Assembly: GCF_000143415.4 (NCBI RefSeq)
Contig: NW_003314368.1
Coordinates: 470,076-534,075 of the forward strand
DNA: 64,000 nucleotides
Reading direction: 5' to 3'
From: Selaginella moellendorffii
Taxonomy: Eukaryota > Plantae > Lycopodiophyta
This document shows, one piece after another, positions 11,950-24,182 of the stretch. Position numbers and translations under genes: made by a program. The notes below the pieces were generated by a model, which had not been told where the DNA came from, made no database searches, and saw only the letters and a program-made list of their open reading frames with translations. Numbering within the stretch: the first letter of the stretch is position 1; every line of letters begins with the position of its first letter.

Positions 11950-14410
11950 AAAAAGTATGTTTACCAAACACCTTTACTATTATGCCTTTTGTGTTAATAT
12001 TGTTTGGTCCTAAATATTATTTATAGAAAGTGTTTAAATTTGTTTATTTGGCATGGAATATAGAGATTGTGTTGAAGACAATGGTGTTGGTCCCATGTCC
12101 AAATTCACAATCTAGCACTATTCTATATTTAGTAAGTTTCAAATTTGTCCTAAAGATTAACTCCTGGTACTAAAAGTGGCCAAGAGTGAAAGTTCCTCAA
12201 CAGAGGGTTTAAATGTATAGTAGGGATAGTAGGTAAGTTAAGCATGGTTGATTAATCTGAGGTATAATTTAACTCCTACTTACGTGCTTGTTCTTGTTTT
12301 ATATTTGACTTGGGTCTAAGCCCAAGTTCCACACCATGCTAGCTGATGAAATACCTATATTCTTGCGTTAGGCCACTGGAATACTAAAATAGTTCCAAAT
12401 TTCATTTAGCTCGATTTTGTGTGTTAGTCCTGACATTGGGATGTTGGATGCAATTGTTCCAAGTCACTTCGTGCTTCTATCCCTTTGTTCTTTGGGTTGT
12501 ACGCTCATAAGTCATTTTGTGCTCTAGTATTGTTGATGTTTAAATTTGAGTGAAATAGGATATTTATCCATAGAATTGATATTGAGTTTGATTAGACTCA
12601 ATACATATAGTATTAATAATTTGGCTATAGCTTTATATTATTAGCATTCATGTATTTGCTAGTTAATAATTATATTAGCTTTCAAATGAGTTGAGTGGCA
12701 AGTTTGAGTTAGCTGTGTTCTAAATAAGATTATTTAGTAAGGGTTAAGCTTTTAGTTTTTCCTTGAAAAATAATTGAGTTGTGGACTATATTAGCTTTGC
12801 AAAAGAAAAAGATTTTAAAGTTGTTGATTCCTTATTGGATTTAAGTTGAGAATATATCGATCATTGATGATTTCTCTTGTGTTTGTTATGAAGTGAATTA
12901 TATTTTATTATGCACAAATAAATTCATGGAGGATTGTTTAGTGATCACTTATTAAGCATAACTTTGTTGTGCTTAGTTTTTGGATTGATGCAAATATACT
13001 CTTCTTTAGCTTTGGCATTATTAAGTGTAGCTTTTGGATGTGTTAAGAAGGATATTGTGGGTTGCACCATGATTTTTTCTTTAACATTAACATTAGTTTA
13101 TATAAGACTTGTGATCATTGTTAAATAGGAGGTAAATATAAGCTTCTTTAAACTTTATGTTCTTTGAGTTTTATACTCTATGCTCTATTTGTTAAAAGGT
13201 GTTAGGGAAGGCATTTTTGGTTTATTAGCTTTGATGTTAAAGTTAGTATTTACATCCAACAATCATTGATGATGATTAATTATCATCTAGAATAGTTGAT
13301 TATCCTTGTCAAAAGTTTTGCTTGATTATTATTGATATGTTCTTTTGGATGGTGGATTCTTTATTTAACAACAATTATGCATCTCTCTATTGATGGGATG
13401 ATTGATAATCTTTCATGATAGTTAGTTATTCAATTTGATGGCTTTTAGCTTTTCGCATTACCATATGTTTTTTTATGGATTGTTTTGGATTAGTCTCTTG
13501 AGTTTTAGACATTGGTAAAATGTTGCTGACACTTGCTTAAGCAACTTGAGTTCCTTCGTATTGTTGATTGATATCTATTCAAGTTGGCTAATGTAATAGT
13601 TAGCATAATCAAGTGTTTATTGATCTTGCCACATTCATTTTGTTTTGTTAATTATTACTATAGTTACTTTTGATAGATTTGATGTTTTTTCCTTTGGGTG
13701 ATATATTCGTGAGGATTTTGCTCACTAGTCAATACATTCTATAAGTTGTCTTTCATAAGTTGTTTAGCATACTATTTGTAATTTTTGATAGCTAAATTTT
13801 ATCATTGATTCTTCTTGATGGTATACTTGCTATTGAGTTTCGTGGATGGTTAATCTTTTGTGTTCTAACTATAGTGATCTTGGTGGTTTCTATACTATAA
13901 TTCTAGTTTATTGGATGAAAACTGCATTAGAATACTTAAAATTAGTTTTGATGTAGCTCTTCCATCATGAAGAAATATAGTCTATAAGCTTTGTCATAAA
14001 AATAAATAAATTTTCACTTTATCCTTACAAGAATTATGAGACTAATAACTTTCCCACAATTCTAACCAAGAATGAATGTTTTGACTATCATAAACATCTA
14101 GTGATAATTTCCATTCCATGATACTATAATCTTTGGCATGTTTGATATACCAATAGTAATCATAAATACAAGATTGATTCAACCTTTAAGGTCTAAAAAA
14201 ATTAAAAAATCTTTAATGAGATAAACAAAATCCTTGAACCTCAATAATTTAGCAACTTTGCCACATTAGAACATCATTAAAAATCTTGGCTATCACTTAT
14301 GCCATACTCCTTATCAAGATCTATATCCCATTCATTTACCATCCTTAAAAGAATATATTGCTCTGATACTAATGAAACAAACAAGGAGTGAATCCTAGGC
14401 TAACCTCCCA
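11950..14410. mobile_element. Degraded LTR-retrotransposon remnants
   Basis: 11960-12085 matches 22265-22397. 14090-14406 is a minus-strand copy of the LTR end/PBS/gag start at 4490-4800 (PBS at 14361-14372). AT-rich and CpG-depleted. Confidence 0.65.
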
Positions 14411-16044
14411 ACTTTTAAAGCATTACAACTTTAAATCCCACAATCCATAGAATAGTGTTAAACTTTGGACTCATTATAACATCTAAATAAGTATATCCTA
14501 GCAAGAGCTCCTCAAGTGCCATTAGGGAAACCATGCACTAGCAATTCTTATTCAAATCTTGAAGTGTCTTACATGAATCCCTATATTCATTTTCTGCCTT
14601 TTATTTTGATTTTTGGGCCAAGAAAGGCCAAACCTTGTTTTGTAAAAAGTTTTCACAACCTTCGTTAGCCACAATGTCATTCCCCTAATCTGTACTCTTG
14701 GGGGTTGAGATTGGAAGACAATTGTCACATCTGCATACTTGCGTTCCTTGCGATAGGTGTTATATTGTGTTCACATGTGATACACTTTATATTTTACAAG
14801 AGATAGGTTCACCAAAAAACAAGACACAATACTTTTCTTTTATCTACTTTGGAAGTATTCATCCTACATAACTTTTAGTGTGGGATCCTGTGGAGATACA
14901 TCTAAATGGTACCATTTTGCTGCTATCACTTGTATAAAATCTCTAGCTCGATTGTCTTGCCATCTTAAGTTACAATTCTTAGCACGGTCCATTGTTTCTT
15001 TCAGTGATCTTTTGTTGAGAGGAAAAAAAATATCCCTGCTGAGAAATCATGAGTATGGGTCTGGAGGTATAAGACAATTGTGACAGATATGTATCCTTAT
15101 GTTTATATTAATATAAATATGTATACAATACAATATCCTCTTGTCACCACAGTTATATATGTACAGCTATAGTGTACACTTTTATATTCTACAAGGGCCA
15201 ATAAAGGATCTCACCAATCTTCCTTGCAACAAGCAAGTATTGACAACACACACAACAAGTTGTGGGGGATCGAAGACGAACAAAGAGAAGATGAGGGACC
15301 ACAGAGAGAGAAAAATCCATGCATTGCATGATACGTCCCATGCCTCCCAATACAATTTTTATATTTACTGATAATAAAGGTTTACTTGTTAAATAAGTTT
15401 ATTTATCTAGTCCCACTTAGGAAATAAGTTTTTAAAAACTGTCCAAAACATTTGTAGCGGTCTATTGTCCCTTTCAATGATCTTTTGTGGGTCAGAAGGA
15501 TCTAAATCCCTTGTATTATGATGTTTTGGACAAATATATATACATTAAATCTGCACCTTAGATAGACGAGCAGAAATAGCATATTACTGAGAATGTCACT
15601 ATAAATTCTATCCTTAATTGCTTTGGAAATAACACTTTATGATTTAATAATCTTATATTTTCTGACAAGATTCTATGACTTGCAAGAAACACATAATTTT
15701 TATTTATAATTTCGTACTGTGATCACTTCAACACATGTGTCTGTGACATTATTTCCACATTATGGCATAGTCATATTAAAGCATACTTCTATTATTAAAT
15801 TACAACTCAAAAGGACTTTGTCACGTGATCAAATCTAGGACAAAATAGAAATTATACATTGCTAGCAAAATGTAATGAAGATTTACTGCATCCACGATGA
15901 ACGGCTGTGATGAAAGTTAAGTTAGGGTTAGGGCAGCTGCCGGCATTAGGGTTTTACAAAAAGTAGAGTGGGAGATTGGGAGTGACTGTGGGATCCATTG
16001 GTGTTGAATAGAATGCTGCCAATAGTAAGTTTTTTTCTCCTCCA

Positions 16045-16198
16045 CTCCCACGCCACACCCAGCACCGCAGTGCCCATGCCACACCCAGCACCAGTGCCGC
16101 ACCCACGCCGCATCCAGCGCCGCCACGCCCACGGCACGCCCAGCGCCCCCACACCCACGTCACGCCTAGGGCCACCGCGCCCACGCCACACCCAGCGT
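16045..16198. repeat. GC-rich degenerate CACGCC/CACCCAGC repeat array, possibly a transposon subterminal region
   Basis: Recurrent cacgcc(c/a)ca and cccagc(a/g)cc units inside AT-rich DNA; preceded by TTAGGG motifs at ~15922-15951. Confidence 0.6.
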
Positions 16199-16239
16199 GA
16201 CTTTGTCTTCACAGAAGTCCTTGTGAATCCCTGATTCAA

Positions 16240-17042
16240 TGAGTGTAAACGTTGTGATGCAGGCTAGCACTTGCAGGAGGGGCTTAAGATTTTTAAAGCC
16301 TATCCATTCTTTCTCATCTCAAGGAGCCTTTGAGCTTGCAGCTCCACAGCAAAACCAAAACCTTGAGCTGCCTCATCGACTTCATGTTTCATTGGAGGCT
16401 TTGGAACGCTCCAGAACATCACTCCATGATTTTGTAAGATGTAGTTGCAATTGTCATGGCTGACAAGCGCGTGCTTTTAGTGCATCTCACATTTCATGTT
16501 CCATGGCCTGGATCCCGGCAACCACGAACACAACTTCAAGTGCTTGCCAGTTCTTGCTTTCACGGAGGCTTATGTGTATGAGGTCTGTAATTCCAAGAGC
16601 CCTATGGAGTATCTGAATTGTTATGGGCACAGGTCGATGTAGAATACGAGAAAGCTCTAAAGAAAATGCAGGATATCCATGACCCAGTCAATGACGTGGA
16701 TCCCTTTTATGGGCTTAAACTGGAACTCGCGGCTCGAAATCTCTGGACGGATAGGTACGTCTGATGTCCATTCAACTGGCTCAATCATTGCTTGAAACAA
16801 TGCAGGATGGCAAATGAACTTTTGAAAGGATGCCATTACTTGAAACTAGAGCAATCCATTTGTCGTTCCAGTCCAGAAGATCAAATTTCAATCCTAGATG
16901 CACGCAGAGCTTTGGAGTTCAAATCAGCCGACTACAAGTTGCTCAACCTCTTGCTTTACAAAATGAGGGGAGAAGAGGTGAATGAGTTCCACTTCGGCTT
17001 TCTAGAGTTGTCAAATCTTCTTGTGGAGTTGGCAGATAACTA
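16240..17042 (+). pseudogene. Truncated fragment of a conserved uncharacterised plant gene (At5g10320-like)
   Basis: Spliced pieces FKCLPVLAFTEAYVYE | ..DPFYGL..RNLWTDR | ..FKSADYKLLNLLLYKMRGEEVNE..LVELAD; breaks off where the acidic DD motif is expected. Similarity is recalled, not searched. Confidence 0.65.
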
Positions 17043-17089
17043 TTGTTCTACAGGCTGAGTACATTTCCGTATGAAAAAGGCTAGAAAGT

Positions 17090-17420
17090 TAATACCCGTC
17101 ATGTACTTTGCTTGCGCCAATGCCGACATTACAGCTCCAACCCATCTATCGCTGGGTTTCTCCTTTGCAAGCTTAAAAGCCCTGAAGAAGAAACAAAACA
17201 AATGTGAGAGACAACTTCAATCACCGTGAGTCAACGTTTTGTCAACGTGAATGCCACGGTGAGCTGGAGCAGGAGAACCAAAATCTGGCTGTCCAACCAA
17301 TACTGCAATCGCTGAATAAATGAACAATCACATTAAAGTGGAATTTTGAAAAATACCATAATATTGGTGGGGGCTAGGGCGGACGAAAACTGTTGAGACT
17401 GACGTATTCACGGTCTGTAT
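17090..17420 (-). pseudogene. Short spliced exons of an unidentified gene
   Basis: AG/GT-bounded open segments IAVLVGQPDFGSPAPAHRGIHVDKTLTH and AFKLAKEKPSDRWVGAVMSALAQAKYMT. Confidence 0.4.
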
Positions 17421-18179
17421 TCCTAAGGTGGCTGTTTCTGTGTATCATGAGTCGTTTGTCGAACTTATTTCAGGTCCGAAACACAGCCAGCAAAGGAAAG
17501 AAGGGAGGCAAGAAGTTTTTTCAGGCCAGCGTTTTGCTTTGATCTGATTCCTTAGATAGGGATTGGATGACAAGGCTTTCAATGTTCAGCAAATCGTGTT
17601 TGTGTAGCTTTTTCTACCGAACTCAATTTAATTCGATTCGCTCCTGTGCTTCTATGGTCCCGCAAAGGTGAGGATCACGCCTTCTGCAAGGTCAAGCGAG
17701 GATCAGAACGTTCTCACGAACTTCTGGGTAAGAGATGTTTTTTTCCTCCTTTTGTGCTAGCTTCAGTGTCTAGATTGCAGCATGCAGGAAGTGGCAGATG
17801 TAATGCAGCCTCAAGACGTAGGAGTCGTGACGAGAAGCTCAATCGCTGCCACGACGTGGTTTCCTGGACGAAATGCTTCTCAAAGGATGACAGGATCGAG
17901 GAGATAGCGAGATCACATATTCTGATCCGGCGAGACGCCCAAGAGAGAAAGAGCATGGCGCGGGAGAGTGGGGGCTTAGGGTGAGGTGCCTGACCTCGGG
18001 TGTCCGAGCTCAGCCCGGGTACCGCGATCATAATTCTTCCAAAAAGTCTTTGGATTCTCTCGAATTCTAACAAAGTGAATTCCAGTCTGCTCCAATTGAA
18101 GTTTTGATGGAATTTTTTACACGATCCCCTCAACTAAAGGTCCAATCGAACTCTCCATCCTGAAAATGAGAGGGTATAC

Positions 18180-18530
18180 AAAAAGACTGTCACGATTATT
18201 GAGGTTCATAATCCCATCCTCGAGGATACATTTCCACTTGCTCTTTGATCTAGTTACCTGCAAAGACAAAGTCAACTCCATCTCTAACTTCAGACAACCA
18301 AACCTTCTCAAACTGCGCTAGTACGAGATGAGTTGTCTTTGGCTCCTCTCCAGCTTGATCGATGTCGTTTAACTCGTCCTCCTTATCGTCATCTTGTTCA
18401 TTCAAGGGAGGCTCTAATCCTTCGGAGTCCACACCTTCCACTTGTGTTGCTGTCGCTACCAGAGTCTCGTTAGCCGGTTCTTCTGTACGTTACAATGAGC
18501 CTGGCGACGAAGGTTCACAGTCGGATCCAC
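18180..18530 (-). pseudogene. C-terminal fragment of the TFIIA large subunit
   Basis: EPPLNEQDDD..THLVLAQFEK | intron | VTRSKSKWKCILEDGIMNLNNRDSLF, the conserved TFIIA-beta sheet region; the terminal GEFDF-like end is missing. Confidence 0.85.
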
Positions 18531-18534
18531 AGTA

Positions 18535-19885
18535 TCACTCGAAACAGCTCCACGCCGCGGGGTTGTGGCCGTTCTGTGCGTACGCCCCGGCCGTCTGGAT
18601 CAAGCTTGGGAAATCTTCGTGACCATGCAGCAGCAGCAGCATCAGTGCTGGAACGCGATGATGGTGGCATTTGCCATACATGCCGATCGAGTTTCCGTTG
18701 TTCAAGCAGCCAGCAGCCAAGCTTTCGTGAATCTTTGCCTGCCAGACAGAAGACACGTTACATCCCCCCAGCGCCGCCCATTGTCGCAAACAGCTCCAGT
18801 GCTTGCCTGGATCAAGCCCGTGATCGCAGCATTCCAAGCCGGGACGTCTCGGCAAGGAATCCTGTCCAGCACTTGTCCGGAATGCCCGAGAAGACTTGCA
18901 TGGCTTTCTGGACATGCCCGAGCTGAGCATATGCGGCTATCATCCCAGTCCAAGTCACTAGTAGCCACCTGTAAGTCGTCAAGCAGACAATTGGCGTGGA
19001 TCATGGCATTGCTCGTGTGTAACAATTCCAGTGCTTCGCGCACGCAGTCGTTCTGGGGTAGGCCTGGATCATGGAATTCCCCACATTCTTTCGAAACAAA
19101 GTCTCGCCTCCTTCACTTTCCAGCTCGGGCTCACCATCGCAGTAAAAGTTAGAACTTCTCTCGCGAGAACCGTCTCTTCAAACACGAACTTTGCGCTCCC
19201 GAACGCAGCCCAGGAAACACCATTCCGGAAGCTCATTCCCAATGGTGTTCCCTGGGCTGCGTTCATCAGCTCTCGTGCCCCCGTGATGCGCATGAGCTTG
19301 GAATTCCAGGCCATGTCATTGTGTTGTGGCATCTTTCCAGCAAACCAACCGCCTCATCGAGAACTTGCAGATGTAAAAGCCCCTCAAGTATAACCATTGT
19401 GAAGCGTTGCCACGATAACCCTTCTGACCACAGCATACCCGTCCAGGACACGATATTCTTGTCCCGAGTGCCCTCAAACAAAAGCCATGCCTCGTAGAGA
19501 AATCCACTGCTGCACCATTGCGTTCCAAGAGATGGTGCTGGCATGCCGTATGTGGTGATATCACAACCGTTCCAAGACACAACGTCCCACACGGGCATTG
19601 CATCCAACACCTTCTTTTCCTTTGAAATGGCGAGCACGTGGTCATGAGTCCCCCGTCCACGAGTCAGGCATGGTCAGGTTGCCCAGTCCGGGCATATGCT
19701 GCAATGAGAGGATTTGAGGCGTGCTCTTGTGTGGCATCTGCTCAAACAGTTGCCTCGCCTCGTCCATTGATCATATGAGACCGTGTCAAACACGAGTCAA
19801 ACAATCCCTGGTGTAGCTGATGCAACTGTTGCAGACGAGCACCACAATGATTGTGTTGTAGGAGAAGGAATTGAACTGCTAGATG
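18535..19885 (-). pseudogene. Deletion-riddled second copy of the PPR gene at 6655-9150
   Basis: Reverse-complement blocks match 6880-8800 with many gaps; internal micro-inversion at ~18587-18668. Confidence 0.9.
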
Positions 19886-19956
19886 CTTTGATCCAGCCAA
19901 TGCTGCCACCTATGTCTTACTAGCAAACATCCACTAAAGTAACTTCATTGCCCAGG

Positions 19957-20051
19957 TGGATCTCCTTTCCAAGCTCTATCAAGGAATGGAGATGGGGTGC
20001 AGCTGCATTTTGGCCATAGCTCACCATCTTCAAGCTGTGATAACGGTGAGT
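19957..20051 (+). pseudogene. Duplicate exon 1 of the pfkB/pseudouridine kinase-like gene
   Basis: Matches 9162-9251; MEMGCSCILAIAHHLQAVIT followed by a GTGAGT donor. Confidence 0.8.
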
Positions 20052-20062
20052 CACTCTACTAG

Positions 20063-22665
20063 TGTTGTTAATTTAGACTATCAGTCCCTTTAATATTTCA
20101 GTTGTCAAAAGGATTTCAAGGTTACTTTGCTTGTTGGCAAGAGTTTTTGTAAGAAATGTTTATTAAGATTCAATATAAGCATGGGGGTGATGATAAAGTG
20201 GTTGATGCATTATCCAAAATAATAAATTTTATCTCATTGATGAAGCTATTTAGCAATCTTTTGAGTTTATAGAGTTTATTGACTTCAACTCTTTTATCAC
20301 TAATATTTGAGCAAAGGTTTTGTTGAGGAATATCTTTACAGATTTGAATGGTGACAAGTTTGCATCATTTAAGATAAGATGGAATTCTGACATGTGGTGG
20401 TTCCTTATGTTGACAAACTCATCAAATAAATTTTAGTTAAATGTCATGATGTGTGAAGTGTTAGACATTTGGGGGTATTAAGAATGTATATATTAGTGAA
20501 GAAGCATTTTTTGGCCTAGGATGAAATCAGATATTAAGAAGTATATATATGGTTATTTGACTTACCAAAAGGTTAAAGTTGATTATCAAAACTTGCTAAT
20601 CTCTATCATCCTTTACATGAGTCACTTGTGGACAAGTCATTAGCTCTTTCATAATACCTCAAAGGAGTTGCATGACATAAAGTCCCCTAAGGATGCTATT
20701 TGAGCTATTTTGGATCATTTAACAAAGATGGTTCATTTTTTCCTAGTAAAAATAACAATTAAAGCTTTTAAATTTGCTTAATTTTTTATAGACCAATTAT
20801 TTAGTCTCTATAGTTTACCAAATGATATTGTGAGTGATCGGGAAAATTCACTTCTAAGTTTTGGCAAATGATCTTTAAGAAGCTAGAGACTAAGTTGAGT
20901 ATGAATAATGGTGAGCATCCATAATCAAATGGGCAAACAGAGCATATGAATCAAATGTTAGAAGATATATTAAGGTTTTTTTTGGGAAATTTAACTTAAT
21001 AAAGAGCATAGGAGTACTATTTGTCTTTGCTCATAATAGCATTCATTAATCAGCTATTAATATATCTCCATTTATGGTGATGTATGGTTATAAGGCTAAG
21101 TCTCTTGTAAGTTTGAGTTTGGCTTTGGTTTGGGTACCTCATGCTTGTGATTTCCTTATGCAAGACAAGCTTGAGTTGGCAAAACTGAATATGAGGCAAG
21201 CTCAAAATCGAGATAAAAGATTGGCTGATGAACATTATCATTATCAAGAATACAAAGTTGGTGACAATATTTTTCTTAAATTGTTAGCTGCACAATGGTC
21301 TTTGAAAAGAGGTGGTAGTGCTAAGTTGGCTTTATAGTATTGTGGGCCTTAAACAATTTTACAATGTGTGGGAGATTTTGTTTACACTTTGGACTTGTTA
21401 GCTAGTTTAAAGATTCATCTAATATTCCATATAAGCAAGCTTAAAGTGTGTTTGCACTCTAGTGATCAATCCATTATCCAAGTCCTAAAGATTTATGTTG
21501 AGAAGGTTGGTCCAGCTAATATTCTTGCTCAAAGATTGGTGAAAATTTATTGTAAGATAATTTGGGAATTATTAGTTTGTGGAATAATTATTCTATAGAC
21601 GAAGCTATATGGGAAATTAAGGATGATATGAAGAAAGTGTTTTTGAGTTTTGACAATCTTGAGGAAGGGGAGAATTAAATTCTATAGCTGTATTGTTATA
21701 TAATTTAATCCATTTGTTTTGTTCTCATTCTCTTGTTTTCATGACTATATTATCATGCAAAAAAGCTATATTGCTTTCTTTCTTTCGTAGCTATTTGTTA
21801 CAATATTGGTGTTACCATTTGCACATCCTTTCCTTATGACCATATTGCATTAAACTCCCTTTATGTAAAACTCATTTAGCTTCTTGAGGTCATGAAATGA
21901 TACAAACCACAAGAATATTCTAAGAATATTCTATGGCCCGAGGTTGTGTTGCGAATGTGACTTCGGGTATCGAAAGTTATCTGTTGACCAGTCTTTACGG
22001 ACACTCTTACCTTACTGCCACGACGGCAGGAGGTCGGTATTGCTAGACCCTTTATCAGTCCCTCTTGTGCTAGTGGAGTTAACTGGGCATTTCGAGTGTA
22101 CTTAGACCGGACGAGCATAAGGACAGAATTCCTACGTGTTATTAACTAAGCATACTTAGCCCGGTAAGGAGTTCCCGTCTCATTTTGTCTTGCACTTGCT
22201 AATGACAAAAACCCTTGCGTATTGAGACTAGTCCCTCAATATCGCTACATGATAGCTTACCGTATCTGCCAAACACCCTCGCTATCATGCCTTTTGTGTT
22301 AGTCTCATTTCGGTCCCAAATGCTATTTATAGAAAGTGTCTAGATTTGCTCATTTGGCATATCTACGGAATGTAGAGATCGGCCTGAACACAATTGTAAG
22401 ATAGGAACTCTTTACTGGGCTAAGTATGCTTAGTTAATAACACATAGGAATTCCGTCCTTATGCTCATCCAATCTAAATACACTCGAAATGCCTAGTTAA
22501 CTCCACTAGCACAAGAGAGACTAATAAAGGGTCCAGCAATACCGACCTCCTACTATCGTGGCAGTAAGGTAAGAGTGTCTGTAAGGACTGGTCGATAGGT
22601 AATTTTCAATACCTGAAGTCACATTCGCGACAGGTTGGCCTAGGGTTTACTCCTTTTTCATTTCA
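20063..22665 (+). mobile_element. Ty3/gypsy retrotransposon, 3' half: RNase H end, integrase, chromodomain, PPT, 3' LTR
   Basis: DYQSL, VVDALS, GEHP*SNGQTE, HLIFHISKLK, chromodomain-like PANIL..EAIWE; PPT GAGGAAGGGGAG at 21661; LTR end GGCCTAGGGTTTACTC..TTTCA matches 4495-4523. Confidence 0.9.
21937..22632. mobile_element. 696-bp foldback element: TG..CA ends, ~240-bp terminal inverted repeats, 5-bp TSD GGTTG
   Basis: 21937-22181 is the reverse complement of 22397-22632; GGTTG at 21932-21936 and 22633-22637. Confidence 0.9.
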
Positions 22666-22669
22666 CTTG

Positions 22670-23975
22670 AGCTAGATACTAGACATGTATCCAAAGGGAT
22701 AGGGTTCTACTTACATTATTGAAGCTGCCCAAGGGGCTCTGCAATTTTTTCAAGGATAGACTCCATGATAGTTTGATGCTCATGGCCGAGCCTTCCTCAT
22801 GCAAGGAGAGCCAGCTTTACATGCACGACCACAGCAGTGACTCACCGCGACTCATGTTGCATAGCATGTTGGTGAATTCCCTGTCAGGCAGATTGATTGT
22901 CGGGCAGAAAATCTATGAGTTGGATCTTTCCAAACTATCTGTAAGAACTTCAGTAGTATAAGTGTTACTATGATCATACCTGGGGTATCTTGTGCTCGTA
23001 ATCTGAGTAGGGAAAGTTTGGGCAGTAATTCCCATGGAACTTGATATATAAATCCTGTGATTAAACATCTTATAAAAAACATTTCTAGGAAACAAAGAAG
23101 AAAAACCTGGCTGCAGCTTCCTCATTGTTCCATGAGCCTATGTAACTCTGCTTGCTCTTTTCTCATCAGCAAAAAGAGAAAATCAGCATGACTGTCAAAG
23201 AACTTCTTTGAGAAAGCCAGAGATAAAGAGAATCTAACATCCTCACCAAGTGTGTCTCCCACCGCTTGATTCGCTTGTAGAACAAACTCCAATGTAGAGG
23301 GACGACTTATTAGTGTATCTCCTCACTGACTTCGGCGGGTTTCTCTTCCTTTTGCCTGATTCTTGTTGCTTGGACGATCTCCCTGGTCTTCTTCATAGCA
23401 CATCTCTTGATCTTAGAGCTCGGGCTGTGAGACGAAGCCTTCATCAAAGAAGTCGGGCTTGGACGTCTCTCCATCACTGAGGATGGAAACGTTGGAGATG
23501 AGATCGACCTCTTCCTCCTCGAATACGTAATACACATCCTCGGCGTTGTCGTGACCACAGCGCTCCTTTCCATGGAAGACATTGTATCTACATCTAAAGG
23601 TTGCGAGGAAGCTAAGTTGGTAGCTGCCTTGGTCACAGCCCGAGTGGCCATGGAGGGGGCCTCCCGCTTCTCCGTGGCGATCACCGGATGATCATCATCA
23701 CCAGACTCACCATCGGTGGATAAACTCGAGTTCGCGGGTTCTTCACTGCCATCTTCTTCAGTCTCCGATTGAGCAGCCCATGATGAAGAGGAATCCGAGC
23801 ATGCAGCGCTTGCCAACTCTACTGCTGCCATCGCTGGTGATGGTGGTGCTAGACAGCGTTGCTTTGTTCTTGGCGCCCTTGATGTTGCTGGAGGGGGGCA
23901 ATGCAATAGGGGCTCAGGATCATCACCATGATCATGAGGTAGCACTGGTGTGGGATCAGCTGGAGGGACTTCCAA
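22670..23975 (-). pseudogene. Double-AP2-domain gene copy, 5' portion (paralog of 30095-32130)
   Basis: 221-aa Pro/Ser-rich N-terminal ORF nearly identical to 30230-30898; AP2 remnants (EEAAAR, IKFHG..NFPYSDY; APWAASI). Confidence 0.8.
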
Positions 23976-24182
23976 AACATGCTGGCTACTATGCTTATTA
24001 TAACTAAATGACTACTATGACTACATATATTCTGGTTTATACTATAACTCAGCTATAACTAGTTAGTTATAGTCTCCCCAAACCTCCCTCGTGAGACTTG
24101 ACTTGGGAGCTGCTGGTGGATCATGGTTGCTGCTTCCTCCACCCTAACTGTGGCAGCATTTGTCTTCTGCTTGACCTTCCTA

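Noticed and set aside
15922-15951. Interstitial telomere
   Set aside because: Only three TTAGGG units, too short to call.
20020-20063. Helitron 3' end (hairpin + CTAG|T)
   Set aside because: The hairpin is just pfkB exon 1 sequence with a long loop and no 5' TC end is seen; kept only as a possibility within a finding.
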